Shown: positions 9,319 to 19,989, counted from the first letter of the stretch. The stretch: DNA of 64,000 bases from an uncultured Lachnospiraceae bacterium (GCA_947626965.1 CANQUH010000002.1:1-64000), one strand, 5' to 3'. Notes: generated by a model from the sequence alone, not told the origin. Made by a program: numbers and translations.

Positions 9319-11220
9319 TTAGTCCTCGTCCTCGATCTCTACCTCCGCATGAATAAACTCACGGATCCGCTCATCAATGTCAATCCTCCCAAGCGGCGCT
9401 TTCTGGATTCCCTCATCGGCGGCGAGGATAAATTTTACCTCCACCTGCTTTCCGATCTTCTCCGCGATGATCTGCTCCAGTTCTTTTTTGCGCTCCGAAT
9501 TATGCAGATAACGCTCGGCAAGAAAATCCGCAAACACAACATACAATCGGTTGTCATTGGGATCCTGCACATTGAATTTTACTTCGGCAGATGACAACAA
9601 AATTTTAAACCGTCCGCTCGTCTCGGAGATAATGACTTTCCACATGGCTTTGACCTGCTTCAAATCTTCCGGAACAGCCTTCTGATAGGGCATGGAGACC
9701 GGTGCAACAGTTCCATATCCGCCTGCTGGATTTCCCTGCGCCGGATTAAAATTCCCCACTTGAATGCCAGATACACCCGGGACAGGATGCATTCCCGGAG
9801 TACTAGAGTAAACATCCGAAGACGCTCCTGCGCCGCCCGAATAGTCCCCGGCAAACTGTGTTCCCGGCTCACCGGAATAATCGTCACCGGGCTGCATCGC
9901 TGCCATCGCACTGTAATAGTCTGCTTCCGACGGGTATGCCTCATCGGTTGAACTTCCCTGCTGACCTTCCGTATAACTGCCTCCCACGGCTCCAGGATAT
10001 CCACCATTGGAAATTCCCGCATAACCCCTCGGAATCCCGGGATACCCTCCTCCCGGCCAGCTCCCAAGCTGCTCCAGTCTGTGTTCGAGCTTCCGGATGC
10101 GCTCCACCAGAGACAGCTCATCCCGCTCAGATTCCGGCTTGCAGAGTTTGATCATGGCCATCTCAACCAGAACACGCCGGTTTGTGGAATTACGGATCGT
10201 GTTGGACAGCTCCGAAAAAATCCGGATATACCGCATCAGCGTATCGCTGCGGACCATAGCCGCTTCCTGCCGCAGCTGTTTCAGATTCTCCGTCGAGACG
10301 TCGAGCACATCCTCCATGTCCTCAGATGCCTTGAGAAGCATCAGATTGCGCAGATACCAGGTAAAGTCATTGACAAACTGAAGCAGATCAGCTCCTCGCA
10401 TGATCAGCTCTTCAAGCGTGCTGATTGCCCCGACAATGTCTTCCGCCAGCAGTTTGCGCAGCAGATCGCTGTATACATCCGTGTCGACAGCGCCAAGCAC
10501 CTCAAGCACCTTGTCATAGGTCAGCGTCTCTCCCAGATAAAACGCGATACACTGATCCAGAAGGCTGAGCGCGTCACGCATGGCTCCGTCTCCCTTTTTC
10601 GCTATATAGCGCAAAGCTTTTTCCTCGACATCGACATGCTCTTTCTCCATCAGCTCCTGCAGCCTCGCAAGTATGGTTTCCTGGCTGATCCTTTTGAAAT
10701 CATATCTCTGGCATCGCGACAGAATCGTCACCGGTATCTTATGTGCCTCAGTCGTCGCCAGTATAAAGATTACATAGGAAGGAGGTTCCTCCAGTGTCTT
10801 CAGCAGCGCGTTGAATGCCCCGATCGACAGCATATGAACCTCATCGATAATGTATACTTTATATTTCCCCTGCGCAGGAGAGTAGGAAACCTCCTCCCGG
10901 ATCTCCCTGATATTATCGACGCCGTTGTTCGACGCCGCGTCAATCTCAATCACATTCATGGAAGCTCCGCCTGCAATCGCACGGCAGGCAGCGCACTCAT
11001 TGCAGGGGCTTCCGTCCACAGGATGCTCACAGTTGACCGCCCGTGCAAAAATTTTCGCGACGGACGTCTTTCCCGTTCCTCTGGTGCCGCAAAACAGATA
11101 CGCATGGCCGATGCGCTCTGCCTGAATCTGATTTTTCAATGTTTTTACGATATGATCCTGCCCCTTCACATCCGCAAAGGTATCAGGACGAAATTTCCTG
11201 TATAATGCCGTATAACCCAT
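9319..11220 (-). CDS. dnaX: DNA polymerase III subunits gamma/tau
   Basis: MGYTALYRKFRPDTFADVKGQDHIVKTLKNQIQAERIGHAYLFCGTRGTGKTSVAKIFARAVNCE..., followed by a long Gly/Pro-rich tau linker. Confidence 0.95.
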   Translation of the reverse strand: MGYTALYRKFRPDTFADVKGQDHIVKTLKNQIQAERIGHAYLFCGTRGTGKTSVAKIFARAVNCEHPVDGSPCNECAACRAIAGGASMNVIEIDAASNNGVDNIREIREEVSYSPAQGKYKVYIIDEVHMLSIGAFNALLKTLEEPPSYVIFILATTEAHKIPVTILSRCQRYDFKRISQETILARLQELMEKEHVDVEEKALRYIAKKGDGAMRDALSLLDQCIAFYLGETLTYDKVLEVLGAVDTDVYSDLLRKLLAEDIVGAISTLEELIMRGADLLQFVNDFTWYLRNLMLLKASEDMEDVLDVSTENLKQLRQEAAMVRSDTLMRYIRIFSELSNTIRNSTNRRVLVEMAMIKLCKPESERDELSLVERIRKLEHRLEQLGSWPGGGYPGIPRGYAGISNGGYPGAVGGSYTEGQQGSSTDEAYPSEADYYSAMAAMQPGDDYSGEPGTQFAGDYSGGAGASSDVYSSTPGMHPVPGVSGIQVGNFNPAQGNPAGGYGTVAPVSMPYQKAVPEDLKQVKAMWKVIISETSGRFKILLSSAEVKFNVQDPNDNRLYVVFADFLAERYLHNSERKKELEQIIAEKIGKQVEVKFILAADEGIQKAPLGRIDIDERIREFIHAEVEIEDED

Positions 11221-11257
11221 ATCTGCTCTCCTGTCCTGTTTTTACAGTAAAAGACGA

Positions 11258-11283
11258 CTGGCGGGTGATAACTCGCCCGCCAG
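11258..11283 (-). terminator. Probable pfkA terminator.
   Basis: ctggcggg-tgataact-cgcccgccag hairpin, followed on the minus strand by TCGTCTTTTACTG. Confidence 0.45.
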
Positions 11284-11369
11284 ATATGTTTCTTATCCGC
11301 AATATTTTATTTGCAGCAACCCGCCTGTCTCCCTCCAGAACAGGCTGTCGTCGGCTTTCTTTTGATAAA

Positions 11370-12443
11370 TCAGTCGCCAAAGCTGATGCCAAGAAGCTTC
11401 GCTTCCTGAATGATCTGATCATCCGGAGAAACAACTTTCAGCTTGCCGGCAACCTCGCCGAGCGGAACTTTCTTCATCTTGCCGTTGACAATACCTACCA
11501 TGTAGCCGTACTCTTCCTTCATGATGAGCTCTGCCGCCTTCACACCGATACGGGTGGAAAGTACACGGTCATACGGACACGGAGCGCCGCCGCGCTGTGT
11601 ATGTCCCGGAATCGTGATACGAACTTCCGGTCCGTTCGCCGCCTTGATCTCATCTGCCAGCTCGTATGCTACAGACAGATAATTTCTCTCTTCCAGTTTC
11701 TTCTTGTAGTCTTTCTTGCTCAGCTTCGCATCCTTCTTGGAGATCGCGCCCTCGGCAACCGCGATTACGGTAAAGCCTTTGCCGGCCTGTGTTCTGCGGT
11801 CGATCGCCTCGATGACCTTCTTGATATCATACGGAATCTCCGGAAGAAGGATGATGTCCGCGCCGCCTGCGATGCCTGCGTACAGAGTCAGCCAGCCTAC
11901 TTTATGGCCCATGACCTCAACGATAAATACACGGTTGTGTGAAGCAGCCGTCGTATGGATGCAGTCGATCGCTTCCGTCGCGATATTAACCGCACTGTAG
12001 AATCCGAACGTCATATCGGTTCCCCAGATATCGTTGTCGATGGTCTTCGGAAGATGGATGATGTTCAGTCCTTCCTCGCGCAGAAGGTTCGCTGTCTTCT
12101 GTGTTCCATTGCCGCCGAGGATTACCAGACAGTCAAGACGAAGCTTGTGATAGTTCTGCTTCATCTCCTCAACTTTGTCCAGACCATTTTCATCCGGAAC
12201 ACGCATCAGTTTAAACGGCTGTCTTGAAGAGCCAAGGAACGTGCCGCCCTTTGTCAGAATTCCTGAGAAATCCTTTGAGGTAAGAAGTCTGTAATCTCCG
12301 TAGATCAGACCCTTGTAGCCGTTCATAAAACCGTAAACCTCGAGTTCCTTAATGTTGCTGGAAAGACCTTTTACCACACCACGCATTGTAGCGTTGAGAG
12401 CCTGGCAGTCACCCCCGCTGGTCAGCAATCCAATTCGTTTCAT
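11370..12443 (-). CDS. pfkA: ATP-dependent 6-phosphofructokinase
   Basis: MKRIGLLTSGGDCQALNATMRGVV...GGNGT...; true start at 12443 (ATG, GGAAAGGAAAG RBS). The upstream 76 codons in the ORF track are leader sequence. Confidence 0.9.
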   Translation of the reverse strand: MKRIGLLTSGGDCQALNATMRGVVKGLSSNIKELEVYGFMNGYKGLIYGDYRLLTSKDFSGILTKGGTFLGSSRQPFKLMRVPDENGLDKVEEMKQNYHKLRLDCLVILGGNGTQKTANLLREEGLNIIHLPKTIDNDIWGTDMTFGFYSAVNIATEAIDCIHTTAASHNRVFIVEVMGHKVGWLTLYAGIAGGADIILLPEIPYDIKKVIEAIDRRTQAGKGFTVIAVAEGAISKKDAKLSKKDYKKKLEERNYLSVAYELADEIKAANGPEVRITIPGHTQRGGAPCPYDRVLSTRIGVKAAELIMKEEYGYMVGIVNGKMKKVPLGEVAGKLKVVSPDDQIIQEAKLLGISFGD

Positions 12444-12882
12444 AATGTTACACTTTCCTTTCCTAGTTTGTCTCATGGAGAGTCGGGCCGACATATGCTG
12501 CTGTTCGCTTCCCTGCGGGCCGCTGTCAGCAGCAACGCCTTGCGATGCATCAAAATGCCGCTTCCGCAGCGTTTCACGCCACATTCCCCGGGATTTCCTC
12601 GATCCCCATTTGCGTCGCCGCACATGCAGAGCTCGCTTTGTGCTACGTTCCGTCTCTGACATAGATACCATAAAGTATACCTCATTTTTTCACAATGCAC
12701 AACAGTAAATCGAAAAATTTCTTAACAACATCTTGCAGAAAGTGAAATGTTCAATTTCTGCGGTCCCGGAACTTCATAATTCCGGCAGATTGCCGAATTT
12801 TTCTCCGCGTGAAGGAGATCCTGGCATAGACCGGCGAAATGTTTCCCGTATTCCGATCTGTTCACGGATCCGCCGACCCATT

Positions 12883-13686
12883 TCACGGCATAAATCCTTC
12901 AAATATGAAGGAGTCATAGTACGGCCTGCACTTTTCAAGCTGTCTTTTCGACCGCACCGTCCACGCTACGGACGGACATCCGAACACATGTCTGCAGATA
13001 TTCTTGGATACCGCTTCCTTGTCGCGCAGATCGTACGCGATAAAATCCGGCCGGGTCAGGAAATTCGTCAGAAGATGACGCACGATCATGCGCTCCGGTC
13101 CATAATTTCCTTCCTGCCGCTGAAAATTCATCGCAAGCTGGCCGCGGCAGATCTCCGGACGGTGTTTTCTGTACCACATCAGCGCCCATGGATGGAAGGA
13201 TTCGATGCAGTATTCCCCTTTATAATCCTGCAGCAGCCTGTCCGCCTCCACGCAGATGCGGTTGTTAAAGTCTCTGTATTTCATCTCAATGATCAGCGGA
13301 ACTTTTCCGTCCACCAGTTTCAGAACATCCTCAAAAAGCGGAATACGCTGATCAGTCCCACAGATGGAAAACTGCTGCAGCTCCCGATATGTATAATCGC
13401 TCACATGGCCATCCGCGGAGCAGACCCTCTTCAGCGTAAAGTCATGAAAAACCACTACTTTAAAATCCTTTGTGAGCTGCAGATCCATCTCGATGCCGTA
13501 GCCTGCCTCACAGGCACGCGCAAACGCGCGCATTGTATTCTCCGGCGCGTCCGTTTTGTTGTCATGAAGTCCCCGATGCGCATAATAAATCGTGGGGGAA
13601 TGCATACGGTGATGCTTCAGACCGGGCATGATCGCCGCCAAATAGGCTCCGACCGTCCCAAATAAAACCCCTGCTTCTTTTATCAT
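12883..13686 (-). CDS. Glycerophosphodiester phosphodiesterase family protein
   Basis: YAHRGLHDNKTDAPENTMRAFARACEAGYGIEMDLQLTKDFKVVVFHD matches GDPD motifs. Confidence 0.8.
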   Translation of the reverse strand: MIKEAGVLFGTVGAYLAAIMPGLKHHRMHSPTIYYAHRGLHDNKTDAPENTMRAFARACEAGYGIEMDLQLTKDFKVVVFHDFTLKRVCSADGHVSDYTYRELQQFSICGTDQRIPLFEDVLKLVDGKVPLIIEMKYRDFNNRICVEADRLLQDYKGEYCIESFHPWALMWYRKHRPEICRGQLAMNFQRQEGNYGPERMIVRHLLTNFLTRPDFIAYDLRDKEAVSKNICRHVFGCPSVAWTVRSKRQLEKCRPYYDSFIFEGFMP

Positions 13687-13715
13687 ATATACGCCTCACC
13701 TGTTTTGTTTTTCTT

Positions 13716-15083
13716 TTATTTCTTCATATTTGCAAACTTTGTAAACCTCGGCAGCCACGCAAGCTCCACCGTCCCCACCGGGCCGTTCCTCTGTTTCGCG
13801 ATGATAATCTCCGCGATATCTTTTTTCTCTGAATCATGGTTGTAATAATCATCACGGTACAGAAACATCACGACATCCGCGTCCTGCTCGATCGCGCCGG
13901 ACTCACGCAGATCCGAGAGCATCGGGCGGTGATCCGGCCTCTGTTCCACGGCACGGGAAAGCTGGGAGAGCGCCACAACGGGAACCTGCAGTTCCCTCGC
14001 GATCTCTTTAAGAGAACGTGAAATATCTGAGATTTCCTGCTGCCTCGACTCAAAGCGTCTTCGGCCTCCCTGACTGCCCTGCATCAGCTGAAGATAGTCG
14101 ATCATAACGATCCCCAGATTATGCTCAAGCTTGTATTTTCTGCATTTGCTCCGAAGCTCGCTGACCGTGATTCCGGGGGTATCGTCAATAATGAGATTGG
14201 ACCGGCCAATGATCCCTGCCGCCTCGATCAGACTTGCCCAGTCATTGTCGCTGAGATTGCCTGTGCGCAGAAGCTGGGAATCCACCCTTGATTCCATGGA
14301 AAACAGGCGGTTCACAAGCTGCTCCTTCGACATCTCCAGACTGAACACGGCGACCGCGATATTGTTGCGGAACGCCATATGCTCCGCAATGTTCAGAACA
14401 AAAGCCGTCTTTCCCATGGATGGACGCGCCGCGATCAGAATCAGGTCGGAAGGCTGGAATCCGGAAGTCTTGTAATCGAGATCGATGAAACCGGTCGCCA
14501 GTCCCGTGACGTTTCCCTTGACACGGCTGGCCGCCTCAATGCGGTCAAGCGCGTTCAGCACGATCTCCTTGATCGGCTCAAAATCATCGCCGCCCCGTCT
14601 CTGGAGAACCTGGAAAACGTTTTTCTCCGTCTTCTCCATGATAACGTCGAGATTGTAATGCCCTTCGTAGCAGACCTCCGCAGTCTTCTCGCTGACACGG
14701 ATCAGACGGCGGAGCTGCGATTTTTCCGCGACGATCTGTGCGTAATATCTGACGTTCGCGGAGGTTGGCACCGTCGTAATCATCTCACGCACAAACTCAA
14801 GACTGCTGATCTCCGGAGGCACATCTTTCTCACGCAGCCGGTTCTGCAGCGTGACCAGATCGACCGGCTTATTTTCCATGTACAGCTCCTTCATCGCCTC
14901 AAACAGGAGCCCGTACTGCTTCTGGTAAAAATCATCCGCAGTCAAAAGTTCCGAGGCCACTGTAACAGCATCCCGGTCCATGATCATGGCGCCGATCACC
15001 GACTGCTCCGCTTCATCGCTGTGCGGCATAACTCGTTTAATCAGAGCTTCTTCCACGTTGTCTCCTTTCCGGCGCCTCTGCAT
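13716..15083 (-). CDS. dnaB: Replicative DNA helicase
   Basis: PHSDEAEQSVIGAMIMDRDAV... N-terminal domain. Walker A GKTAFVLNIAEHMA. RecA-like C-terminal domain. Confidence 0.95.
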   Translation of the reverse strand: MQRRRKGDNVEEALIKRVMPHSDEAEQSVIGAMIMDRDAVTVASELLTADDFYQKQYGLLFEAMKELYMENKPVDLVTLQNRLREKDVPPEISSLEFVREMITTVPTSANVRYYAQIVAEKSQLRRLIRVSEKTAEVCYEGHYNLDVIMEKTEKNVFQVLQRRGGDDFEPIKEIVLNALDRIEAASRVKGNVTGLATGFIDLDYKTSGFQPSDLILIAARPSMGKTAFVLNIAEHMAFRNNIAVAVFSLEMSKEQLVNRLFSMESRVDSQLLRTGNLSDNDWASLIEAAGIIGRSNLIIDDTPGITVSELRSKCRKYKLEHNLGIVMIDYLQLMQGSQGGRRRFESRQQEISDISRSLKEIARELQVPVVALSQLSRAVEQRPDHRPMLSDLRESGAIEQDADVVMFLYRDDYYNHDSEKKDIAEIIIAKQRNGPVGTVELAWLPRFTKFANMKK

Positions 15084-15140
15084 TTTTGTTCATTCCGTGA
15101 CCGGCGGCAGCGCCCGGGCCCTGTGCGAACTGTAACACCT

Positions 15141-15587
15141 CTACTCCCCTGTCACATTCACACTGATCTGAGCGGTCACTTTCGGATGAATCTTTATCGG
15201 CACAACCGTTACGCCGAGCTCCCTGATCGGAGCGGCAAGCTGAATTTTCTTTTTGTCAATCTCATAGCCAAGCTGCGCCTTGATCTCTTCCGCGATCTCT
15301 TTCGAGGAAACAGACCCAAAAACACGGCCTTTCTCTCCTGTCTTTACCGCGACCCGGATTTCCCTGTCCTTTATCTCCTGCGCAAGCTTCGTGGCCGCGT
15401 CAAGCGCTTCCTGCGCCATCTTCTCCGCGTTGGCTTTCTGAAGCTTGAGATCATTCATATTCTTGCCGGTCGCTTCCTTTCCCTGTCCTTTTTTCAGCAG
15501 AACATTTCTCGCGTACGCATCGCTGACTTCCACAACCTCGCCTTTTTTGCCTACAGTTTTTACATCCTGCAGTAAAATTACTTTCAT
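15141..15587 (-). CDS. rplI: 50S ribosomal protein L9
   Basis: MKVILLQDVKTVGKKGEVVEVSDAYARNVLLKKG... Start ATG at 15587, overlapping the gdpP stop by 1 nt. Confidence 0.9.
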   Translation of the reverse strand: MKVILLQDVKTVGKKGEVVEVSDAYARNVLLKKGQGKEATGKNMNDLKLQKANAEKMAQEALDAATKLAQEIKDREIRVAVKTGEKGRVFGSVSSKEIAEEIKAQLGYEIDKKKIQLAAPIRELGVTVVPIKIHPKVTAQISVNVTGE

Positions 15588-15588
15588 A

Positions 15589-17835
15589 CTATATCGCCCC
15601 TTCATCTGTCATTTGTTTCAGTAAATCTTTCAATGTCACAAGCGCTTCCTCGATCGTCATATTCTCAAGCTGCGCGCCCGCGATGTTCATATGGCCGCCT
15701 CCGCCCAGACGCTCCATGATAATCTGCACGTTGACCTCGTCGATCGCGCGGGCGCTGACAAATATTTTATGATCAAATTTTGTCAGCACAAACGACGCCT
15801 TCACTCCAACGATATTGAGCAGCTCGTTCGCCGCCTGTGCGCCGATCACGGTCGGACTCTCGAGTTTCTCCGCCGGGCAGACGCTGATTGCGTACATGCC
15901 CATATAAGCTTCCGCATTGCGCACGGCCTCAGCTCTCGCCTTGTACGTCTCCATGTCATTGCGGAACGCCTTGCGCACACGCGTCACATCCGCGCCGTAC
16001 TTTCTGAGGAACGCGGCGGCTTCAAAAGTCCTGCTGCCTGTCTTCGCAAGGAAATTATTCGTATCGATCACAATGCCGGCATACATGCAGTCAGCTTCAT
16101 ATGGCCGGAGTTTGATCCCCTCATCGTAATACTGCAGAAGCTCCGCCACCATCTCACATGCCGACGATGCCGACGGCTCGATGTAGGACAGAGAAGCATG
16201 CTCGATCTGATCCATCGCGCGCCTGTGATGATCCAGCACAACGATCGATTTTGTCATGTCGAGAATCTCCCTGCATTCTGCCATGCTCGGACGGTTTGTG
16301 TCAACCACGACCACAACGGTATTCTGATTCGTCAGACGGACCGCTTCTCCATGCGTCACAAACAGGTCATCATCGTAATTTCCCGTATCCTTGAGCATGT
16401 TCACCCACAGGCGGATACTGCTGTTGACGTCTCCCAGAACAATGTGCGCGTGCTTCCCGTCCTGCAGAGCCGCTCTGCATATGCCGACGCTCGCTCCAAG
16501 CGAATCGATATCCGTGATCTTGTGTCCCATGACGATCACGCGGTCACGCGTGCTGATAAGCTCGCGCAGCGCCTGCGCCTTGACACGGGCGCGCACCCGC
16601 GTATTCTGCTCAGCGCGCTGTGTCTTGCCGCCGTAAAACTGAATCTTGTCGCCTTCCTTGACGACCGCCTGATCCCCGCCTCTCGCCAGCGCCATCTCCA
16701 TGGCGCCCCGCGCGGCCTCACAGTCGCTGCTGTAATCCCCGTTCTCCAGCGCGATTCCGATACTGATGGTGACGCTGATCGTGTTTCCCATGTTGACCGA
16801 TTTCACATCCTCGAGGATCGAGAAGCGGTCCGCCACCATCTGCTGCAGTCCTCTGCGGTTCGTCACAAGGAGATATTTATCCCTCTCAAATTTCTTGCAC
16901 AGTCCTCCGGCCGGCGTGATATACCGGGTAATCCGCCGGTCCACCAGCGCCTCCAGCATGGATCTGCGGACTTCCGGCACGCTCTCCATCGCTTCATCGT
17001 AATTATCCATATAGAGAAGGCCGACGACCTGTCTCTGATCAAAATTCTCACGTCTGAAATGATCCAGCTCCGTGATGTCAACAAAGCTCAGAGCAATCAT
17101 ATAACTTTCTTCCACAAGTCTTTCCACCGCGCCGGCGCCGTCCAGCAGAGAATTTACAAGAATACGGTGCATATTTATGCGGTACATCCGGTTCATGTAC
17201 TCCAGCTCGACAAACGTTTCTTCCATATCCTGCGGAAAAAATGACACATCCAGCCCCGGAAACAGCAATTCAATGTTCTTATGGTAATGCCTGCCCTTTC
17301 CAGTCAGCTCCATCAGCCGGTCATTCATCCAGAGAACCTTTCCGTCAGGCTCCATCAGCCCGCAGGGGATCAGAAATTCCTGCAGGATCTCCATCTGCAC
17401 ATTGTCGTAATGACTCGCAAAATCGACCAGCTCGCGCAGCACTCTGGGTTTGTAATAAAAATACAGCCCAAGCAGCAGCAGATACATGATGATCGAAAAG
17501 CCCGCGGCGGTGCAGCCGGCAAGTGTATCAATAAAAAAACTGACTGCTGTCAGCCCCGCAAGAAGCAGCAGAACCAGACAGCTCCAGTACCAGTGCCTCA
17601 TCAGCATTCCGCTGTACTTCGCCTGGTATCTGGCCAGCTTCTTTTCTGCTTTCCTCCCCGCACTGCTTTTCGTATCCCTGATATTTTCCACATCGGCCGT
17701 CCGGGCCGCCGGCATCCCATCCGGTACATCAGTCATTCCCTCATTCGGAACATCCTCCGGTACATCGTCCGGCGTCTCAGCAGTTATACCGTCCGGTACA
17801 TCATCCGGCACGCTGTCTTTTCTGTTATCGCTCAT
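15589..17835 (-). CDS. gdpP: Cyclic-di-AMP phosphodiesterase GdpP (DHH/DHHA1 phosphoesterase with N-terminal TM, PAS and degenerate GGDEF domains). Has an unusual acidic N-terminal extension.
   Basis: DHH region ...VIVMGHKITDIDSLGAS... and DHHA1 GGGGHMNIAGAQL. Conserved gdpP-rplI-dnaB order. N-terminal 60 aa hold DDVPDG/EDVPNEG/TDVPDGMP repeats. Confidence 0.85.
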   Translation of the reverse strand: MSDNRKDSVPDDVPDGITAETPDDVPEDVPNEGMTDVPDGMPAARTADVENIRDTKSSAGRKAEKKLARYQAKYSGMLMRHWYWSCLVLLLLAGLTAVSFFIDTLAGCTAAGFSIIMYLLLLGLYFYYKPRVLRELVDFASHYDNVQMEILQEFLIPCGLMEPDGKVLWMNDRLMELTGKGRHYHKNIELLFPGLDVSFFPQDMEETFVELEYMNRMYRINMHRILVNSLLDGAGAVERLVEESYMIALSFVDITELDHFRRENFDQRQVVGLLYMDNYDEAMESVPEVRRSMLEALVDRRITRYITPAGGLCKKFERDKYLLVTNRRGLQQMVADRFSILEDVKSVNMGNTISVTISIGIALENGDYSSDCEAARGAMEMALARGGDQAVVKEGDKIQFYGGKTQRAEQNTRVRARVKAQALRELISTRDRVIVMGHKITDIDSLGASVGICRAALQDGKHAHIVLGDVNSSIRLWVNMLKDTGNYDDDLFVTHGEAVRLTNQNTVVVVVDTNRPSMAECREILDMTKSIVVLDHHRRAMDQIEHASLSYIEPSASSACEMVAELLQYYDEGIKLRPYEADCMYAGIVIDTNNFLAKTGSRTFEAAAFLRKYGADVTRVRKAFRNDMETYKARAEAVRNAEAYMGMYAISVCPAEKLESPTVIGAQAANELLNIVGVKASFVLTKFDHKIFVSARAIDEVNVQIIMERLGGGGHMNIAGAQLENMTIEEALVTLKDLLKQMTDEGAI

Positions 17836-18031
17836 GTTGTCCTCCCACTGCTCTTCTCCAGTTTATTCCCGCGGGCAGCCGGCCATCACATGCCCTTTGC
17901 ATGTGTCTGGCGAATGCCCCGGGTGCGTCCAGTCGGTTCATGCCTGCGTGTACCCGGCAGATACCGAGAATACGTATGGACATAAATACCCATGTATATT
18001 TTAACATAAAACAGCGTTTTGGGAAAGACCT

Positions 18032-19903
18032 TTATTTGAGTACCCGCCTTCTGCTGTCAAAATACGGAAATCTTTCAATCGCGTCAAGGATATCCGCAAA
18101 ATCCTCCCGCGGCGCCAGGTCGATATACCGCCGCAGCAGTTCTTCCTCCTGTTTGCGGAAAGGACCGTAAAAAATATCGAATAAATTATGGCCGCGCATA
18201 TAAATTTTAAATTCTTCCATGTGCGCCTTCAGTTCTTCAACCGTATGGATTTTAAAGCCAAGTATCTCTGTCAGCTGCCTGCCGCTGCGGATGCGGCAGA
18301 GATATTCCTCCCATTTTTCAAACAGAATCCGATAAAAATCCTCTTCCCTTTTCAGTATGCCGATCTGCGTCATAATTTTCGGATTCAGAAAATAGTTCTC
18401 AAAAGAATAATATTTGAGGATCAGTACATGTTCCGGCCTCACCCGCGGAAGCTGTCCGGGATCTTCACGGCCGCGCGCGTCGTAGTAACGGCAGAGACCG
18501 GCTGCCAGCTCCCTGGGATCTTTGCCGTCCCCGTCCCGGATCATCAGAAACTGATCTCTCAGATACAGCTGATTCATATATTTAAGATTGGCATAAGTCC
18601 GGATATTCGTACAGCTGTTTGTGGATATAATCGCGATACGCAGAAGCTTCCCGTTCTCATCGTAGACTTCCGAATAATATTTCTGAAGAAGCAGCGGCAG
18701 CCGGCTCCTGTCCTGCTTGCCCTCCACAATAAAGACAAAACTCACATTCATCAGATCGCTCGCGTTAAACCCGAGATCATTCAGAATTTCATCCATCTTC
18801 GTCTTCCTGCGGACGGCAGTGCTGCACTCCTCGTCGAGCACTACCTGGCAGATCTGATCACTTCTGAAATTAAAAATGGTATCCGGCGAGTGCGTCGAAA
18901 AGATTACCTGATTCTTCAATGACAGACGATACAGGATCTCTCCTGCTTTCTTCTGAAGCTGCGGGTGCAGAAATGTCTCCGGATCCTTGACCAGGATCAC
19001 ACAGGGCAGCCGGTTCTCCTCCTGAATATATGTCTCAAGCAGGGAAAGCATATAGATACTTCGCATACCCTCTCCCATCCGTTCCACCGGGACCGCCATG
19101 CGGCGTTTCTGATTATATGCCTCAGCCTCCACCGTACACAGCTCTCCGGCGCGAAACCGCATCTGATAGCGGATTTCATCGTAACCGCCGTTCAGACGAA
19201 AATTCCGGTTCAGTTTCTCTGAAAAATCTTTCAGATTCATACTGCAGAGCTTATATTCGAGAAGCTTCACAGTCTCATACGCACTCAGTTCAGACGGCTG
19301 TTTCTGGTTAATCAGCCCCACACACTGAAAGCAGTGATTGCAGCGCTTACTCTCCTCAAACAGACAGACATCCGACCGAAGGCGCTCCAGTTCTTCATTT
19401 TCCACAAACGAGAGCAGTCCGCTCTGAAGTTCTTCGAGGTTCCGGTCTGTCCCGATATAATAGATCTGCGGCAGTACTTCCCGGATATATTTGTTATTCT
19501 TCGCAGTGCCGTCGCTGTACCGCTCCTGTCCCGCCGTATTTCTCGTGTAGGTAAATGTCAGGCTGCCCCCGCTCTGTTCCTGCACAAAAGAGGGCAGTTT
19601 TCTGCAGAAATCTGCATACCAGTATTCATAGCGCCGATAACGGCTCACGCGTCCTTCCTCGTGAAGAAGGCGCAGATCCTCCTGCGATATGCCCAGCGTC
19701 ATTTTAATCTCAATCCGCTGTCCTTTTTCATTAAAATCATCCTCCTCCATCGCGCGCGTCCCGGTCAAAGTGCGGATGGCATCCAGGATGGACGTTTTAC
19801 CGGTATTATTCCTGCCGACCAGAATCAGCGCATTATCGATATCTTCCAGATGGACATCGCAAATGGATTTAAAATTTCTGATCCGAAGATCTGTAATCTG
19901 CAT
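18032..19903 (-). CDS. OLD-family ATP-dependent endonuclease: N-terminal ABC/AAA_21-type ATPase fused to a C-terminal Toprim nuclease. Stand-alone, class-1-like. Putative anti-phage defence gene.
   Basis: Start MQITDLRIRNFKSICDVHL... at ATG 19903, AGGAGGGG 4 nt upstream. Walker A GRNNTGKTS. ABC-like Walker B/D-loop VILVKDPETFLHPQ. H-loop IFSTHSP. Toprim FIVEGKQD ... MIRDGDGKD. No helicase partner and no DUF4435 partner adjacent. Confidence 0.7.
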   Translation of the reverse strand: MQITDLRIRNFKSICDVHLEDIDNALILVGRNNTGKTSILDAIRTLTGTRAMEEDDFNEKGQRIEIKMTLGISQEDLRLLHEEGRVSRYRRYEYWYADFCRKLPSFVQEQSGGSLTFTYTRNTAGQERYSDGTAKNNKYIREVLPQIYYIGTDRNLEELQSGLLSFVENEELERLRSDVCLFEESKRCNHCFQCVGLINQKQPSELSAYETVKLLEYKLCSMNLKDFSEKLNRNFRLNGGYDEIRYQMRFRAGELCTVEAEAYNQKRRMAVPVERMGEGMRSIYMLSLLETYIQEENRLPCVILVKDPETFLHPQLQKKAGEILYRLSLKNQVIFSTHSPDTIFNFRSDQICQVVLDEECSTAVRRKTKMDEILNDLGFNASDLMNVSFVFIVEGKQDRSRLPLLLQKYYSEVYDENGKLLRIAIISTNSCTNIRTYANLKYMNQLYLRDQFLMIRDGDGKDPRELAAGLCRYYDARGREDPGQLPRVRPEHVLILKYYSFENYFLNPKIMTQIGILKREEDFYRILFEKWEEYLCRIRSGRQLTEILGFKIHTVEELKAHMEEFKIYMRGHNLFDIFYGPFRKQEEELLRRYIDLAPREDFADILDAIERFPYFDSRRRVLK

Positions 19904-19989
19904 AACTCCCCTCCTTTCCAAAACTGCCTCACTCTGTCCCGTCATTTGGGGGACGGCAGCTTTCCTGTTTCCCACTCTGTTATTTTCCG

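Noticed and set aside
11221-11369. Possible SRP (4.5S/scRNA) gene upstream of dnaX, as in the Bacillus ffs-dnaX arrangement.
   Set aside because: No match to the domain IV GGAAGGAAGCAGC-type motif on either strand. The hairpin present is better explained as the pfkA terminator.
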